Source: a virus
Taxonomy: Duplodnaviria; Caudoviricetes
IMG/VR virus record: IMGVR_UViG_3300037780_000034
Coordinates: 64,001 to 128,000 of that record
DNA: 64,000 nucleotides
Reading direction: 5' to 3' (one strand)
Positions 19,683-29,433 of this stretch are shown piece by piece. Position numbers and translations under genes: made by a program. The notes under the pieces are model-generated. The model ran no database searches, was not told the DNA's origin, and saw nothing but the letters and a program-made list of their open reading frames with translations. Positions within the stretch are counted from its first letter, which is position 1. Every line of letters begins with the position of its first letter.

Positions 19683-20232
19683 TAAAATAAAAGAATATAA
19701 TATTCCTGTAGTAGAAACTCATCAAGCGTTTGATGACATTCATTCTCTTATAGAACATACAAAACATCTTAAAAATGCAGAAGGATTTATCATTTCGTTT
19801 CCTAATGGTCATAAACTTAAGATCAAAGCTGACGAATATGTAAGAATTCATAAAACAAAAGATATGATCCAGTTTGATCGTAACATAGTTGACTTGATCA
19901 TCAATGAAAATATTGATGATGTTATTCCTATGTTGCCAGAAACTGATGTAAATCGTATTCGTGATTTTGAAAAACGATTCTGGAAAGCATTTCTTGATAC
20001 TGAGAAAAAGTTGTATGGATTATATCGTGAAGCCGGAACATCGTATGATTATGATAAAAAACGTATTGCGACTGAATACATTCCGAAATATATAAAAGAC
20101 AAAACATATAGTTCATTTATATTCAGTCAAATAGATGGAAAAGATTTGCGCAATATGTTGCTAAAACATATTGAAAAAAACATAACAACTAACGTTAAAT
20201 GGGACCAATGCGCAAAATGGTTAGGAATGTAA
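19672..20232 (+). CDS. T4 Rnl1-type RNA ligase, C-terminal part
   Basis: AEGFII (motif IV), KLKIKADEY (V) plus helical C-domain; GGAGA 8 nt before ATG 19672; +1 frame relative to the N-part. Confidence 0.8.
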   Translation: MLLDKIKEYNIPVVETHQAFDDIHSLIEHTKHLKNAEGFIISFPNGHKLKIKADEYVRIHKTKDMIQFDRNIVDLIINENIDDVIPMLPETDVNRIRDFEKRFWKAFLDTEKKLYGLYREAGTSYDYDKKRIATEYIPKYIKDKTYSSFIFSQIDGKDLRNMLLKHIEKNITTNVKWDQCAKWLGM

Positions 20233-21108
20233 ATGTTTAAATATATTAAGTCTTTATTTGTTAAACAACCAAAAAAAGAAAAAAAATTTATTGTTACCTT
20301 TAAAGGACAAATTTTTTTTACAGGTAATTCTAAAGAAAAATTGGAAAAACAAATATATAATGCATTCTTAATTCATACCAATTCACATACCATACCTGTA
20401 TTGAATAATAGCTATAAATTATCAGAAAGATACAAATTATTTAGAAGTTACTTCAAAATAACAGAAGTATGCACAACTTGTGGACATAAATCAGGATATT
20501 GTGGACAATGCTAAGAACTGTAAAATATGAAGATAAATTTGTTCAAGGAAAACTTGTTCAAAATGAGAATGTGTTTTGCTCTTGTTCCGATGGATACATC
20601 AGTATAGATAGGTGTGACTGCGAATCTGGTTGGGCAAAACGTGCAACAGTTGACCACAAGGGAACATTGTATACTGGCGAATTGGTTCCAATTGTTGTCA
20701 AAAACCCAAGTTTCACTGTTTCCGTAGTAAAAGAAAATGAGGATGGATCATGTGAAATAGAAATAGAAATGGATGACTTTTCCAGCAACTTTTTCCACAA
20801 AGAGTCAACTCGTTTTAATATGAGTCTAGAAGATTATATTGTTTCACTGCTTGCGAAACAATCTAAATTTATATAATAACAAAATATGTCGCTATAAAAA
20901 GGAGAATAATGTGACACATCTGCAATATAAAATTACAATTAATTCTGGGTTAGATCATAACGAAGAACCACAAATCTCGTTTAGTATGGACGAAGATACT
21001 CATACTTTTTTAGAAACAATGTCAACTGACAATAATATTACTGTAGGAGAGCTTGTAGCTAGTTTTCTTATGGGTGCAAAATTTACTACGGCTTCTTATG
21101 TAAACTAA
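20233..21108 (+). CDS. three small hypothetical proteins (20233-20514, 20499-20876, 20839-21108)
   Basis: tiled + strand ORFs; the second has Cys pairs. Confidence 0.45.
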
Positions 21109-21117
21109 AAATTGTTC

Positions 21118-21146
21118 TTGACAAACGAATCAATATGATCTAATAT
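21118..21146 (+). promoter_or_regulatory. sigma70-type promoter with GANTC in the spacer
   Basis: TTGACA-17nt-TAATAT; GAATC at 21127-21131. Confidence 0.7.
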
Positions 21147-21208
21147 AACAACTTGAATGATAACAGCAAACCAAACAAAACATCATTCTGACAAATAGGA
21201 GAAATAAT

Positions 21209-22636
21209 ATGTCAGCACTATTCAAAGCAGTAAACCGTGAAACTACAGTAACCGAAAATGGTATGGCAACACTTGAATCAAGTCTGGATTCAGTTGTTGA
21301 CCTTTTCTTTAAAATCGGTGCAAGCCGTGGAAAATTTGATGCACTAAAAAATACATTAAGTGCTGCATTTGCAACAGACCCTGAAATGACTGTTCGCGTT
21401 CTTCTTTGGTCTCGTGATGTTCGCGGCGGTGCCGGTGAACGAAAGCTATTCCGTGATGCTATACTATTTGGTTTCCAAATTGGTGCACTCACGAAAGAAC
21501 AAGGTGATCGCATTGTATCAAAAGTCCCAGAACTTGGGCGTTTTGATGATCTTTATGCATTCATCGGAACACCAAGTGAAAATGCAGCAATTGAACTTTT
21601 TGCTGGTGCACTTCGTTCTGGAAACGGTCTAGCTGCTAAGTGGAGTGATCGTAAAGGTATGAATGCAGTAAAAATGCGCAAAGCAATGGGTCTAACTCCA
21701 AAACAATATCGTAAGCTTGTTGTAAACAACACAAACGTTGTGGAACAACTTATGTGTGCAAAAAGCTGGAATTCTATTGAATTTGACAAGCTACCTAGTG
21801 TTGCTGCATCACGGTATCAAAAAGCTTTTTGGAAAAATGCAAACGAATCATATTCCAAATATGTAGAAAGCCTTAAAAAAGGTGAAGCAAAAATCAATGC
21901 TGGTGCGGTGTATCCATATGATATTGTCAAAAGCCTAAATTATGGCGATAAAGATGTTGCAAACCAACAGTGGAATTCACTTCCTGACTATATGGAAGGA
22001 ACAGAAAATCGCGGTATTCTACCTGTAGTTGATGTAAGTGCAAGTATGACTGTTCCAGCAGGAGGATATGGTTCAGGATCAAGTGTAACTTGTCTTGATG
22101 TTGCTGTGTCACTTGGACTTTACCTAAGTGAACGCAATCGTGGTATATTCAAAGATCAGTTTATTACTTTTAGTAATAATCCACAAATGCATAAACTTTC
22201 CGGAAATCTTTATCAACGGTATACACAACTTCGTCGTGCAGATTGGCAAATGTCAACTGACCTTGAAAAAGTATTCAAAGTTGTTCTTGATGCTGCAATC
22301 AATGGAAAGGTTGCTGAAAGTGATATGCCTGAAACAATTCTTATTCTTTCTGATATGCAATTTAATAGTGCAGTATCATCGCGTTATGGACGTAGCAACC
22401 CAACATCTTTTGAAATGATCAGTGATATATACAAAAATGCTGGTTATAAAATGCCAAACGTAGTTTACTGGAACATTAATTCAAAAAGTGGTGTTCCTGT
22501 TGAATTTGACCAAAGTGGAACGGCTCTTGTAAGCGGATTCTCGCCTTCAATTATGAAGTCTATAATTCGTGCAGAAAATGTCACTCCTGTTGATGTTATG
22601 AAGCAAACAATTATGGACAGTCGCTACGATTGGTAA
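21209..22636 (+). CDS. TROVE/vWA (Ro60-like, DUF2828-type) protein
   Basis: TENG, RDVRGGAGERK, GRFDDL, AAKW, and a vWA MIDAS segment VVDVSASM...ILSDMQF...YWN. Confidence 0.8.
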   Translation: MSALFKAVNRETTVTENGMATLESSLDSVVDLFFKIGASRGKFDALKNTLSAAFATDPEMTVRVLLWSRDVRGGAGERKLFRDAILFGFQIGALTKEQGDRIVSKVPELGRFDDLYAFIGTPSENAAIELFAGALRSGNGLAAKWSDRKGMNAVKMRKAMGLTPKQYRKLVVNNTNVVEQLMCAKSWNSIEFDKLPSVAASRYQKAFWKNANESYSKYVESLKKGEAKINAGAVYPYDIVKSLNYGDKDVANQQWNSLPDYMEGTENRGILPVVDVSASMTVPAGGYGSGSSVTCLDVAVSLGLYLSERNRGIFKDQFITFSNNPQMHKLSGNLYQRYTQLRRADWQMSTDLEKVFKVVLDAAINGKVAESDMPETILILSDMQFNSAVSSRYGRSNPTSFEMISDIYKNAGYKMPNVVYWNINSKSGVPVEFDQSGTALVSGFSPSIMKSIIRAENVTPVDVMKQTIMDSRYDW

Positions 22637-22654
22637 CATAATCTCTTTAAACTT

Positions 22655-22681
22655 AAAAAGAGCAGAAATGCTCTTTTTTTA
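22655..22681 (+). terminator. intrinsic terminator
   Basis: AAAAAGAGCA-GAAA-TGCTCTTTTT plus T run. Confidence 0.85.
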
Positions 22682-22703
22682 TTTCTCAAAAAATGAAAGT
22701 TAA

Positions 22704-23276
22704 ATGATAATAATGAGTGAAACACCTAAAATAAATACAGAATATAACTCAGAAAATTTAGAATCTTTTTTAAATAATTTTTATAAAGACCCAAGTGAAA
22801 AATATGTAGCATTATTTGAAAGTATGCATAACCTATGCAAGGAAAATGGATGGGGAGAACCCTTCTCTTATGCCAGAAGTAGAGAAATCCATATGGCTTG
22901 TATCCTTGGAAACACTCTTGCTGACACCTATAGCGGTGCAGATGCCTATGATGAAGATGGTCCTTGTGAATACAAATCTACCATTTCAAACAAGATAAAT
23001 GCAACATATAACGGAATATCAGTTCAACCTTCTTGGGATGAACAAATAAAATATTTAAAAGAAGAAAAAATAGGAAAATATAAAAATCACTACTATGCCA
23101 GATATAATGGCAGTTCTATAGAAGAAATATGGAAATTAACTGCTGATGACGTAATTAGTATTGTAGAAGAACCATTGAAAAAACAATATCATAATAAAAG
23201 TAATAAAAAAGACCCAAGATTGGGCATAAATATTAGTGAAGGAAAAATAAAACAATATGGCAAAAGAATCTTATGA
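22704..23276 (+). CDS. putative PD-(D/E)XK restriction-like endonuclease
   Basis: E...GADAYD...EYKST catalytic-like pattern; overlaps the MTase gene. Confidence 0.55.
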   Translation: MIIMSETPKINTEYNSENLESFLNNFYKDPSEKYVALFESMHNLCKENGWGEPFSYARSREIHMACILGNTLADTYSGADAYDEDGPCEYKSTISNKINATYNGISVQPSWDEQIKYLKEEKIGKYKNHYYARYNGSSIEEIWKLTADDVISIVEEPLKKQYHNKSNKKDPRLGINISEGKIKQYGKRIL

Positions 23277-24216
23277 AAGTAAACTTATAAACGGAGATTT
23301 TTTAAAAGAAATATATCAAGTAGAAGATAATATAGTAGACCTATTACTTACAGATTTGCCATATAACATAAGTGAAAAAGGAGCAAACCCAGAATGGTTT
23401 GTAACTGATGAAAAAACTGGCGAAAAAATAAACAAAAACGGAATTCATAATCAACAGTTTGATGATAAATTTGAAGAAAAATGGGATTCTTTGTCCGAAG
23501 ACGATTTCATAAAAAATCTACAAATATGGGCAAATACGTGGTATCCAAAACTAAGAAATGGTGGTTCTTTTGCTATATTCATTAGTGATCGTTATATTTC
23601 GCATTTATGGTCAGCTATGGAAAAGGCTGGATTTGAACCAAAACGAATATGGACTTGGAAAAAGCCAGCAGCAGTTCCTTTTAATAGAAAAGTGAATCCA
23701 GTAAGCGGTTGTGAATATATTTTGTGGGGAATAAAACCAAACGGTAAAAGAACATTTAATTCAGATTGTCCACAAGAAAATATAGTAGCAAGATATAGTA
23801 TGGCTGATAAATTAAGTTCTATACTATATAAAAAATTAAAAGATGATACAGAAATGAATTTAGATAAATGTTTCTTAGAAGCATTAGTTGATGCCAAAAA
23901 AGTTTATGAAAATTTAAAAAGAACAAACGATATAGAACATTGTGTAATTCCAAACACAATAACATATAGTGGCGGTCTAGGAAAAGATAAAATCCATCCT
24001 ACTCAAAAGCCAGAAGAAGTATTAGAATATTTTATAGAATTATTGACCAACAAAAACGATATAGTATTAGATACTTTTGCTGGAAGCGGAAGCACAGGTA
24101 TGGCGTGTAAAAAATTAGATAGAAAATATATTTTAATAGAAAAAGACAATAATATGTTTAAAAAAATGAGCGCCAGATTTGAAGAAAATCCACTATTAAA
24201 GAATTTATTTGAATAA
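23257..24216 (+). CDS. beta-class N6A/N4C DNA methyltransferase
   Basis: TDLPYN (motif IV) N-terminal; HPTQKP and VLDTFAGSGSTG (motif I) C-terminal. Confidence 0.9.
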   Translation: MAKESYESKLINGDFLKEIYQVEDNIVDLLLTDLPYNISEKGANPEWFVTDEKTGEKINKNGIHNQQFDDKFEEKWDSLSEDDFIKNLQIWANTWYPKLRNGGSFAIFISDRYISHLWSAMEKAGFEPKRIWTWKKPAAVPFNRKVNPVSGCEYILWGIKPNGKRTFNSDCPQENIVARYSMADKLSSILYKKLKDDTEMNLDKCFLEALVDAKKVYENLKRTNDIEHCVIPNTITYSGGLGKDKIHPTQKPEEVLEYFIELLTNKNDIVLDTFAGSGSTGMACKKLDRKYILIEKDNNMFKKMSARFEENPLLKNLFE

Positions 24217-24266
24217 ACTATACACTTAAATAATAAATATCTTTATAGTAAAATATGGAGATATTT

Positions 24267-24767
24267 ATGAAAACATTTAAAGAATATTTAAAAGAACAAG
24301 AATTACCAGAAGAAATAAAATATGTTGCAATAATTTGCGATCAATCTACCCAAACAAAACTCATAAATTATTGTATTAAAAATAACTTTAATTTAGAAAA
24401 ATCATATGATGACGAACAGCAATCACCAGAAGATTTTGAATTTCACGTTACTATATTTTTTACAAATTCTCTGCATAAGATTGAAAATAAAGAAGAACAG
24501 TTAAATGATGTAATTTCAGCTAATCCAATTAAATTAGAAGTATTTGGTCAAAATAAAGATGTTCCTGTATTAAAAGTTGAAGGCGATGGAATATCAAAGT
24601 TGAGAAAATACTTTGAAAAAACATATAATATGACTGATGAGTGGCCAGACTTTAAACCACATATATCATTGAGTTATGATAGAAAACCATATAACGTTGA
24701 CGAAATAGAACTACCAGATTTCCCCATATACTTTGATAAGTTAGTAATAAGAAGCGGGGAAGAATAA
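24267..24767 (+). CDS. 2H phosphodiesterase, Acb1/T4 gp57B-like
   Basis: two HxT/S motifs (FHVTIFF, KPHISLSY) with Acb1-like spacing; GGAG SD before ATG 24267; AATAAATA at 24232-24239. Confidence 0.75.
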   Translation: MKTFKEYLKEQELPEEIKYVAIICDQSTQTKLINYCIKNNFNLEKSYDDEQQSPEDFEFHVTIFFTNSLHKIENKEEQLNDVISANPIKLEVFGQNKDVPVLKVEGDGISKLRKYFEKTYNMTDEWPDFKPHISLSYDRKPYNVDEIELPDFPIYFDKLVIRSGEE

Positions 24768-25301
24768 ATGTCAAAATTAGGAAAAACAGAATATCCAAGA
24801 AGTAAAAATGAATTTTATCCAACACCAATTTCTGCATTAGAACCATTAGTTTTACATTTAGAACAGAATATTACATATTGTGAACCTTGTGCAGGAGCAA
24901 ACGATTTAGTAAAAAATCTTGCAATTTTAAGACCTGATATTAAATGTAGTATATCATTTGACATTGATCCAAGGGATAATAATATTATAAAAAAATCTGC
25001 AACAGACATAGAAAAAAGTGAAATAGATAATATAGATTATTTTATAACAAATCCTCCATTTAAGTGGGAAATGTTTGATCCAATAACAACTCATTTAATT
25101 TCATTAAAACCTACTTGGTTATTAATTCCTTCAGATTTTATGCATAATAAAAGAATGGGACCATATATGAAAAAATGCTCCAAGGTGGTGTCTGTTGGAA
25201 GAGTAAAATGGTTTTCTGATAGTAAAGCCACAAGCACTGATAATTTTTGTTGGTATCTTTTTCAAAATGAATTGACAGAAACACGTTTCTACGGAAGATA
25301 A
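24768..25301 (+). CDS. small phage N6-adenine DNA methyltransferase
   Basis: NEFYPTP, EPCAGAN (SAM-binding), ITNPPF. Confidence 0.82.
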   Translation: MSKLGKTEYPRSKNEFYPTPISALEPLVLHLEQNITYCEPCAGANDLVKNLAILRPDIKCSISFDIDPRDNNIIKKSATDIEKSEIDNIDYFITNPPFKWEMFDPITTHLISLKPTWLLIPSDFMHNKRMGPYMKKCSKVVSVGRVKWFSDSKATSTDNFCWYLFQNELTETRFYGR

Positions 25302-25304
25302 CAG

Positions 25305-25333
25305 TTGATACGAATCGTTTGATATGCTATGGT
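25305..25333 (+). promoter_or_regulatory. sigma70-type promoter with GANTC
   Basis: TTGATA-17nt-TATGGT; GAATC at 25312-25316. Confidence 0.6.
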
Positions 25334-25810
25334 ATTGAAAAGTATACTTTCAACTACCAAGGAATTCATATGATGAGTCTGAAAAATAAAATATTATGCA
25401 ATATTGGACAACACAGATATGTATCTGTGTTAAGAACATATGATATATTCACAACACGATGGAAAGATACTGGTGAAACTACATATTGGCATGTTCATTT
25501 TTTAAAATGTAAACATTGTGGAACACGAAAGTTTGTCACTAATTATGATAGTCTAATCATACACCCTGGGATTGATTATGTAAAACACAAATGGATTGAA
25601 AACAATATTATTCCAGATTATGTTAAAAATCCAGAAAAATATTCTAAATCAAATAAACAATCTCCATCATCAAAGGAACCAGAAAATTCATTTACAAAAG
25701 ATAACAAAATAAACAAATTATTGATTAAAGCACTTGATACAAGTAGTGAGAACGAAGCAGAAAACTGTTTTAAAATGGCAAGAAAGGCATACCAAAATGC
25801 TAAAGGTTAA
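25319..25810 (+). CDS. hypothetical protein with a C-terminal DUF2786-like helix pair
   Basis: KINKLLIKALDTSSENEAENCFKMARK; internal CKHC; true start probably near 25370. Confidence 0.5.
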   Translation: MICYGIEKYTFNYQGIHMMSLKNKILCNIGQHRYVSVLRTYDIFTTRWKDTGETTYWHVHFLKCKHCGTRKFVTNYDSLIIHPGIDYVKHKWIENNIIPDYVKNPEKYSKSNKQSPSSKEPENSFTKDNKINKLLIKALDTSSENEAENCFKMARKAYQNAKG

Positions 25811-26294
25811 GTTGCATAAATCTTGGAAAACCTATTTCAATGACAGTGATATGGATAAGATACGCGATGCTATTAAATATTCTATAAAATATCACAAAAT
25901 TGGCGAAATAAATCATACTGTTGAATTTTATTTTGTAGATGAAATTACTTCTTCAAGAAGTCTAGGTATGAATGAATTTACGGCTGGACAATTTCATTTT
26001 GGATCAGATACCAAAAGTCATATTAAAATAAAAAGTAATCGTAATATAGTAGGAATAATTATTACTATTTTTCACGAAATTACACATTTAAAACAATACT
26101 TGAAAAAAGAATTGATCAATACAGAATTTGGAATAGTTTGGAAAGGCAATACTGTTCCAAATACTGTTGATTACTATGACAAACCATACGAAGTAGATGC
26201 ACGTTCTCACGAAATAAAAATATATATAAAATGGATGCTGACAAGAGATTTCAATTTTGTTAGAAATCTGTTTAATAAAATATGGTTTAAATAA
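25794..26294 (+). CDS. zincin-like metallopeptidase
   Basis: IFHEITHLKQY and PYEVDAR. Confidence 0.7.
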   Translation, partial: KMLKVKLHKSWKTYFNDSDMDKIRDAIKYSIKYHKIGEINHTVEFYFVDEITSSRSLGMNEFTAGQFHFGSDTKSHIKIKSNRNIVGIIITIFHEITHLKQYLKKELINTEFGIVWKGNTVPNTVDYYDKPYEVDARSHEIKIYIKWMLTRDFNFVRNLFNKIWFK

Positions 26295-27289
26295 TATGCT
26301 TGAAAGAATTTTTTTAGCACTACTAATAGGTTTTTTATTAGGAATTTACTTAACTCCTAAATCTTCTTACGCTATTTGTGAAAACAATTACAAATCAAAA
26401 TCACAAATACTTGAGTGTGTATGGAACTTGGAAAATGAATAGCACAATATCAAAGCTTATAACTTTGTCTATAAGTAGCTGCACGTGCTTAACCAAAAGC
26501 CCGTTACCATCATACCACAGCATAGATTGTAAATATCGGATAACATTAGAAGTAATATCAGAAGTTGAAAACTTAATTGCAGTGAACGAAACACTAACAA
26601 AACAACTGTTGTTGGTAACAAATGAGAATAAACAAAATGTGCAACCATAATTTATACTGGGAATATAGCGATAATAGTCATATATCGGTCATATACAATA
26701 ATAAAAATTTTGCAAATTTTGAAATTTTAAATGATCAAGATTTAACTTATTTTAAAAAATGGTTTAATAACTTTTCTTCCGATATAAAAGAAAATCGAAT
26801 TAATTCTATAGATATATTTAAAAATTTACCAGATGGCAAGGTTATTCCTTAATGATCAAACGAATTAAAAAATATATAGAACAAGTCAAAGAAAAAAGAT
26901 TTCTAAAAAAACACAATGTAAAAAGTTGGGAGCAATATCATAGGGTATATGATCCTGATATTAATAAAAATGAAATGATAGTTGAAAACTATTATCACGG
27001 ATATGACACTGTGATTATAATGTCAAAATATGAAAATGTAGGAGACATATTTGGAATATATCCTAAAGTTGCCAATATAGAAAAATGGTGCAAAGAAAAT
27101 GCTAATTACAAATATAGAATTGATCTTAGTCCAATATTTTATGCAAATGGAAAGCTTTCTTTCATTGACAATTGGGGAGTTGAAGAAATAATATTGGCAT
27201 TTAAAAATAACGAAGATTTTTTATTATTCATGTTAACATATGACGGAATTGAACTAAAAGGAAGAACCGATGTGGTCAAAATTAATTGA
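26257..27289 (+). CDS. four small hypothetical proteins (26257-26442, 26378-26650, 26622-26852, 26852-27289)
   Basis: tiled short ORFs; exact starts uncertain. Confidence 0.4.
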
Positions 27290-27878
27290 AACTCCAATTG
27301 GCTATTATGCTGAAAACATTATGCGCAGGAACAATTGTGGATACCATAACTGGGATCATATCATAGCAATGTTCAATTATCTTGAAGAAAACAATTATCC
27401 ATACGATATAGATTTGGATGCTGCAATTCTTTATCACGATAGTGTATATGATAATCAACCAGATAAAGAAATTCGTTCTAGCGAATTGTTTTATGATTAC
27501 TGCAAAATGTATCCAGATAGATTTGCCATAACTCATCAAAACACGGTTCATCTACTTATTATGGAAACCATTGACCACAGTATCAAAAAAGGTTCTGATG
27601 AAGTTAGTCGCGCAATTATACGAGCAGATTTGCACGGATTGGCAGATGGTGAAACTACTTTTATGAATTATCATAAAATTATGAATGAAAGTATACAATT
27701 ATACAATATTGATAGAAAAACTTTTGCAACCAATAATATAGAATTTATGATAAGTTTACAAGGGCGTATATCTTATAATATTATTAATGATCATAAAAAC
27801 TACGAACATTTTTGGCAAAATGTATTAAAAGGTATTGATGATACCATTACTATGTCACAAATAATATTAAGAGAATAA
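27270..27878 (+). CDS. HD-domain metal-dependent phosphohydrolase
   Basis: YHNWDHI, AILYHDSVYD, RADL. Confidence 0.8.
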   Translation: MWSKLIETPIGYYAENIMRRNNCGYHNWDHIIAMFNYLEENNYPYDIDLDAAILYHDSVYDNQPDKEIRSSELFYDYCKMYPDRFAITHQNTVHLLIMETIDHSIKKGSDEVSRAIIRADLHGLADGETTFMNYHKIMNESIQLYNIDRKTFATNNIEFMISLQGRISYNIINDHKNYEHFWQNVLKGIDDTITMSQIILRE

Positions 27879-28237
27879 TAGAAAGGAAACATTATGAAAA
27901 CACTCATTGAACTCGGACGTGAAGTAGGCTATACCCCAGCACAAGTAAGAAACATCGTAAGAAAAGAAAAATTGTTTTTGGAAATATTAGAATGCGAAAC
28001 CGTAGAAGATGTAAAAATTCTACTTATGCATTGGGTTGATCAAGGAAAAATAAAATGAAATTAAGTGAACTTATACAGAATCTGCAAAAATTGCAAGAAC
28101 GCGATGGTGATGTAGAATTTGAGTTTGATTGGGATATAGGGACTGCTCCCATAGATCAAAAAGATATTCGTTTGACATTTGATTCATATTCAGAATCATA
28201 CTTTTTGTCTTTTCATCCAATTTGATAGGATATCAAT

Positions 28238-29038
28238 ATGAATAAAAATTCTGATGAATTCGGTAATCGTATGAAGTTTTTTGAACGAGCATACACCGAT
28301 GTTCGTATCCCTATTAATGTGCCTCTTTGTGTTCGTATTGATGGAAAAGGTTTTAGTAAATTTACCAAAGGATTTACAAAACCTTTTGACAGCCATTTAA
28401 CACAGGCAATGATTGATACAACTAAGCATTTGGTAAAAGAAACAAATGCAAATATTGGGTATACACAATCAGATGAAATTACTCTAATATGGTTTCAACG
28501 AAGTGAAAAGCAAAATGAACATATTTTTGGAGGAAAAGTATCAAAGATAAATTCTATACTTGCAAGTATGGCATCAGCAGCTTTTAACCATTATATTGAA
28601 AAATATTCTCCAATTTTGTATGCGGGAAAAGGGTTGGCTTACTTTGATTGTCGTGCTTGGAGTGTTCCAAATGATGTTGAAGCAAGTAACGTTTTACTAT
28701 GGCGTATTCAAGATGCAAAGAAAAATAGCATATCAAGCTTATATCGTTGGACTCTTGGATATAGCACTATGCACGGGTTAAGTGGAACCCAAATGATTGA
28801 AAAATTAAAATCAAGTGGAACAGATTGGGAAAAACTATCTGCAACATATCGTTATGGTGTTTGTGTTCGTCGTAAACCTCGTATGGTTGAACTGGATAGT
28901 GAAACATTGGCAAAGATTCCAGTTGACAAACAACCTGAAAATGCTATGGTAATGAGAAATGAATACGTAGAAGAACGTGCAGATAAATTTGCTGAACGTA
29001 GTTTGAAATCTCGTGTAACCTATATAAAAGGATACTAA
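28238..29038 (+). CDS. thg1: tRNA(His) guanylyltransferase / Thg1-like protein
   Basis: RIDGKGFSKFT, YTQSDEITL, SKINS, FDCR, WRIQDAKKNSI. Confidence 0.9.
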   Translation: MNKNSDEFGNRMKFFERAYTDVRIPINVPLCVRIDGKGFSKFTKGFTKPFDSHLTQAMIDTTKHLVKETNANIGYTQSDEITLIWFQRSEKQNEHIFGGKVSKINSILASMASAAFNHYIEKYSPILYAGKGLAYFDCRAWSVPNDVEASNVLLWRIQDAKKNSISSLYRWTLGYSTMHGLSGTQMIEKLKSSGTDWEKLSATYRYGVCVRRKPRMVELDSETLAKIPVDKQPENAMVMRNEYVEERADKFAERSLKSRVTYIKGY

Positions 29039-29040
29039 CA

Positions 29041-29433
29041 ATGACTATTACTGAAAAACTAGATAGAATTCGCCGCCGTGTTCTTAACGGTTCTGCAATG
29101 GTAAACCAATATCGCTCCAGTTGGGGTGATAAATATTCTTTCAAAGAACTTGATATGGCTCTATCAAATAAAAAAGGATTTGGTTGGGAAGAAATTGAAT
29201 TGATTACCCAAAATGATTTGAAAACTGTTGATCGTCAAACTCTTTATAATTATGGGTTTGGAAATTGGGATGATAAACTAATTCTTATTCCTCTTTGGTT
29301 GGTAAATTTTATGGATCAAACAGAAGAAGTAGTTTCTATTATGGACAAAAAATCCACACTTGCCGATTGCGATAAAGACGTTCGTGGTGGATGTCTTGCA
29401 TATGGATTTTATTTGGAGAATGAAAATGGTTGA
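29041..29433 (+). CDS. hypothetical protein
   Basis: 130-aa ORF whose 3' end is duplicated at 29919. Confidence 0.55.
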   Translation: MTITEKLDRIRRRVLNGSAMVNQYRSSWGDKYSFKELDMALSNKKGFGWEEIELITQNDLKTVDRQTLYNYGFGNWDDKLILIPLWLVNFMDQTEEVVSIMDKKSTLADCDKDVRGGCLAYGFYLENENG

